DNA of 64,000 nucleotides, from positions 64,001 to 128,000 of the forward strand of contig CAVVKJ010000008.1 in assembly GCA_963748815.1 (NCBI GenBank). Reading direction: 5' to 3'. This stretch comes from an uncultured Gemmatimonadales bacterium (GTDB lineage: Bacteria; Gemmatimonadota; Gemmatimonadetes; Gemmatimonadales; GWC2-71-9). A model generated the notes under the pieces. The model ran no database searches, was not told where the DNA came from, and worked only from the letters and a program-made list of their open reading frames with translations. Each line of letters starts with the position of its first letter. The first letter of the stretch is position 1. The position numbers and the translations under genes were made by a program. Below are positions 61,221 through 64,000 of this stretch, piece by piece.

Positions 61221-61281
61221 CGCTGTCGCGCCGTCGGGCAGTCATCTACATTGCGGCACTCTCGACACCCCAGGAGCACCT

Positions 61282-61680
61282 ATGACGGAACCGGCGCCGG
61301 CGTCCCCTCGCCGCGGGTTGAAGCGGAAGACGAAGCTGATCCTGTTCGGCATCCTGCTCGCCCCGATCGCGATCTTCGCGCTGTATACCTGGGCGGCGCT
61401 GACGTGGAACTATTCGGAGGGGGAACGGGCGGGGATCGTGCAGAAGTTTTCGCAGAAGGGATGGATCTGCAAGACATACGAAGGCGAACTCGCCATGACT
61501 TCGGTGCCCGGGGTGATGCCGGTGCTGTGGGACTTCAGCGTGCGCAACGACGCGGTGGCCCAGCAGATTCGCGAGGCGATCGGCAAGCACGTGGCCCTGC
61601 ACTACACCGAGCACCGGGGCGTGCCCGGGACCTGCTTCGGCGAGACGAACTATTTCGTGGACAGCGTGACGGTGCGCTGA
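61282..61680 (+). CDS. Conserved membrane-anchored hypothetical protein
   Basis: aggag RBS; YSEGERAGIVQKFSQKGWICKTYEGELAM. Confidence 0.8.
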   Translation: MTEPAPASPRRGLKRKTKLILFGILLAPIAIFALYTWAALTWNYSEGERAGIVQKFSQKGWICKTYEGELAMTSVPGVMPVLWDFSVRNDAVAQQIREAIGKHVALHYTEHRGVPGTCFGETNYFVDSVTVR

Positions 61681-62966
61681 GCCGGGACCGGGCGGGCGAG
61701 CACGAGGATGCGCACGTACTGCCCGAGCACGGCCAGCACCCCCGCCAGGTAGAGTGACCCACCGGCCAGGACCAGGGGCCGGTGGCCCGCCATGGTTCCC
61801 CCCGCCAATCCCCAGACGCCGAGCGCCAGCAACGCGAGCGAGAGCCGCACCATCCCCGTCGAGGTGAGGTCCTCCTGTGTGGGGGCGCCGGCCTGCGCCG
61901 CACGCGGCCCGAAGAGGTTCATCCAGGCCAGGAACGGCAGGATCTTGTACAGCACCCCCACCACGAGCAGGACCAGCCATCCCGCGATCGCCAGCAACCC
62001 GTAGGTGGTCCAGCTCCGCATGCTGGCGTTCCCCAGCAGGATCGTCGCCCCCAGCACCACTGCCGCCGCAAAGTGCGCCACCCCGAGTGCCACGTGCGCC
62101 ATCGCCGGGTCCATCGGCCGCCGCTCGGCGTGGCGGAAGTAGAGTGCCAGCTGCAGCAGGTAGAGGAGGGCGCTGGCCAGGACCAGCGCGCCGCCGGCGC
62201 GGGTGACCACCGACCATCCGCCGAGTGCGCCAGTGGTCAGGGTGGCCAGGCCGGCCAGGCCGACGGGACCGATCCACTTGAGCGGCCAGGTGGGGGCGCT
62301 GGCCGCGAGCAGGAACATCGGGAGCATCCAGCTGCCCACGCCGACCGCGGTGAAGACCACGAAACCGAAGACGGCCAGGTGGAAGTGGCTGGCGATGACC
62401 GCCATCCGGTCCATCGGCCACCAGCCGAGACTGTTGCCGATCCGGGCCAGGGCCACGAGCATCGCGGTGCCGAGCGCGATGTGCCCCGCCGAGACGTAGC
62501 GGCCGACGACGAGTCCGCGGGGCGCCTTCCGGCGCTGGGGGAGGAGATTCCAGCTGGAGCCGAAGACGCCGGCAAAGAGGAGGAGCCAGCCGACGCCCAG
62601 CAGGGCGGGGCGCCAGAACCAGAAGCCTGTCACCAGCGCGAGGGTGCCGGCGGTGTGCAGGATCCAGGTCCAGTGTGCGACCCGGATGCTGCGGATGGCG
62701 ATGCCGAGGGCGCCGGGAAAGAACTGATTGAGGGCGCCGTAGATCGTGGTGGTCAGCACGCCGAGGGTGAAGATGTGGGTGACGGCGAGGAGGCGGGGGG
62801 ACAGGAAGTTGCCGGCGGCGAGGTCACCTGCGCTCGCGATCAGGCCCATCGCGCCGACCAGCAGCCAGAGCAGCGCGGTGGCAAAGTGTTCGGCGGTGAG
62901 CCAGAAGGGCGGCGGGTGGGCCGGCCCCGCGATCGGGAGGGGGCGGCCCGGAGGCGCAGGTGTCAT
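61650..62966 (-). CDS. Polytopic His-containing membrane protein (NnrS/heme-copper oxidase subunit I-like)
   Basis: About 12 TMs; THIFTLG...GALNQFFP, HFHLAVFG, YKILPFL. Confidence 0.65.
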   Translation of the reverse strand: MTPAPPGRPLPIAGPAHPPPFWLTAEHFATALLWLLVGAMGLIASAGDLAAGNFLSPRLLAVTHIFTLGVLTTTIYGALNQFFPGALGIAIRSIRVAHWTWILHTAGTLALVTGFWFWRPALLGVGWLLLFAGVFGSSWNLLPQRRKAPRGLVVGRYVSAGHIALGTAMLVALARIGNSLGWWPMDRMAVIASHFHLAVFGFVVFTAVGVGSWMLPMFLLAASAPTWPLKWIGPVGLAGLATLTTGALGGWSVVTRAGGALVLASALLYLLQLALYFRHAERRPMDPAMAHVALGVAHFAAAVVLGATILLGNASMRSWTTYGLLAIAGWLVLLVVGVLYKILPFLAWMNLFGPRAAQAGAPTQEDLTSTGMVRLSLALLALGVWGLAGGTMAGHRPLVLAGGSLYLAGVLAVLGQYVRILVLARPVPAQRTVTLSTK

Positions 62967-62976
62967 CCGGCCTAAG

Positions 62977-64000
62977 CTAATTGCCTCCGCAGACCGCCGC
63001 AGCGTAGGAGAAGGGGATCACGCGCTCGCCGCCATTCCCCGGGCCGGCGATCTCCGCGTAGAGGCCGGCCGCACCGGACCGTCGATAGGAGATCCGGGTC
63101 GGGAAGTCGTGGGCGGGGTTGGCAAAGGTGACGCTGCTGTCGGTGACCTGGGTGGCGGCGAAGGACGCGATGGCCTGCCCCGAGGGATCGGCGGTGTAGC
63201 GCAGCGAGTCTCCCTGGCCGGTGATCCGGACGGTTTCCGAGCCGACGACCTTGCCGCCGCGCAGCGTGCGGCCCCGTCCGTCGAGCGATCCGTCGGAGGC
63301 CACCGTCCAGTGCTCCTCGATGGTGACGCCGTTGCGTGCGGTGCTCCAGCAGCCGATCAGCCAGGGGAGGGTGGCCTCGGCGGTCCGCGGGGCGAGCCGC
63401 GCCTTGAACTCCGCGGACTCGAATTCGGACAGGCCGAGGTAGAGCAGCGCCACGAACTGGTCCATGCGGCGCTGGCTTCCGAGCTGCGACGGCCAGGCGT
63501 TGGCGGGCTGGCTCCCCTGGGCCGCTTCCAGCGTGGCGCCGGCCTTCACCTCGGTGGCGACGCCACTGCTGACCCCGAGGAGCATCTCCCGGTAGCGCAG
63601 GAGATCGGCGCGATTCCCGACCGGGCCGTGGCCCGGGACGATGCGGGTGGCGCTGTCGCTGTGGGCCAGGCCCCAGTCCACGCCGGCGAGCATGCCGGCC
63701 AGGCGGCCGCCGGTCCACCAGTCCATGAACGGGGGCGCCAGGTGTTCGAAGAGGTCGCCGATGTGGATGAGGTTCGCGTCGGGGAGCCAGACGATGGCGT
63801 CGCCGTCGGTGTGGGCGGCGGGAATGTGGGTGACGATGACGCGCTGACCGTTGACGCGCAGGGACAGGGTGTCGCGAAAGGTGCGGGTCGGCATCGCGGC
63901 GGGGTCGGCGGGGGTACGATGCCAGTCGCCCCAGGCGGCGATGGTGGTGTCCTTCGCCATCTGCACCGGGAGTTGTTCCTGCCCGATGATCTCGGCGCCG
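62977..64000 (-). CDS. MBL-fold hydrolase fused to a DUF6265-like domain (5' end outside window)
   Basis: AHTDGD, HIGD, VPGHG; then LPWLIGCW...EEHW...FANPAHDFPTRISY. Confidence 0.75.
   Translation of the reverse strand, partial: GAEIIGQEQLPVQMAKDTTIAAWGDWHRTPADPAAMPTRTFRDTLSLRVNGQRVIVTHIPAAHTDGDAIVWLPDANLIHIGDLFEHLAPPFMDWWTGGRLAGMLAGVDWGLAHSDSATRIVPGHGPVGNRADLLRYREMLLGVSSGVATEVKAGATLEAAQGSQPANAWPSQLGSQRRMDQFVALLYLGLSEFESAEFKARLAPRTAEATLPWLIGCWSTARNGVTIEEHWTVASDGSLDGRGRTLRGGKVVGSETVRITGQGDSLRYTADPSGQAIASFAATQVTDSSVTFANPAHDFPTRISYRRSGAAGLYAEIAGPGNGGERVIPFSYAAAVCGGN

Overview
High-GC bacterial chromosomal segment. Gene content and the lineage-type hypothetical proteins suggest Gemmatimonadota (inference). 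I see no prophage, transposase, CRISPR array, rRNA or tRNA. In order it contains: an aromatic-CoA cluster (RidA, SDR, creatininase-like, benzoate-CoA ligase family); TPP riboswitch-thiC; a sulfur-associated TolC/MFP/RND-PII-like-DUF2892-ArsR-TauE-MBL/rhodanese locus; nagB; hsp20 with a sigma54-type promoter; three paralogous small lipoproteins; a NarL-type two-component pair; a second RND pump; bcp, TolB-like, lepB; a binding protein-MCP pair; csp, ogt; YhaM-like; LemA/HtpX; an HD-GYP-HEAT-GT2-receiver module; mqnD; an Omp85-like gene. About eight genes carry frameshifts that look like long-read indel errors. The most unusual element is a ~350-nt self-contained, hairpin-rich unit at 46261-46620 (own promoter, start-stop mini-ORF, rare-codon ORF, terminator) lying downstream of a DnaA-box-like cluster and convergent on the YhaM-like nuclease gene. 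Several candidate cis-regulatory motifs and a REP-like repeat family are also visible.
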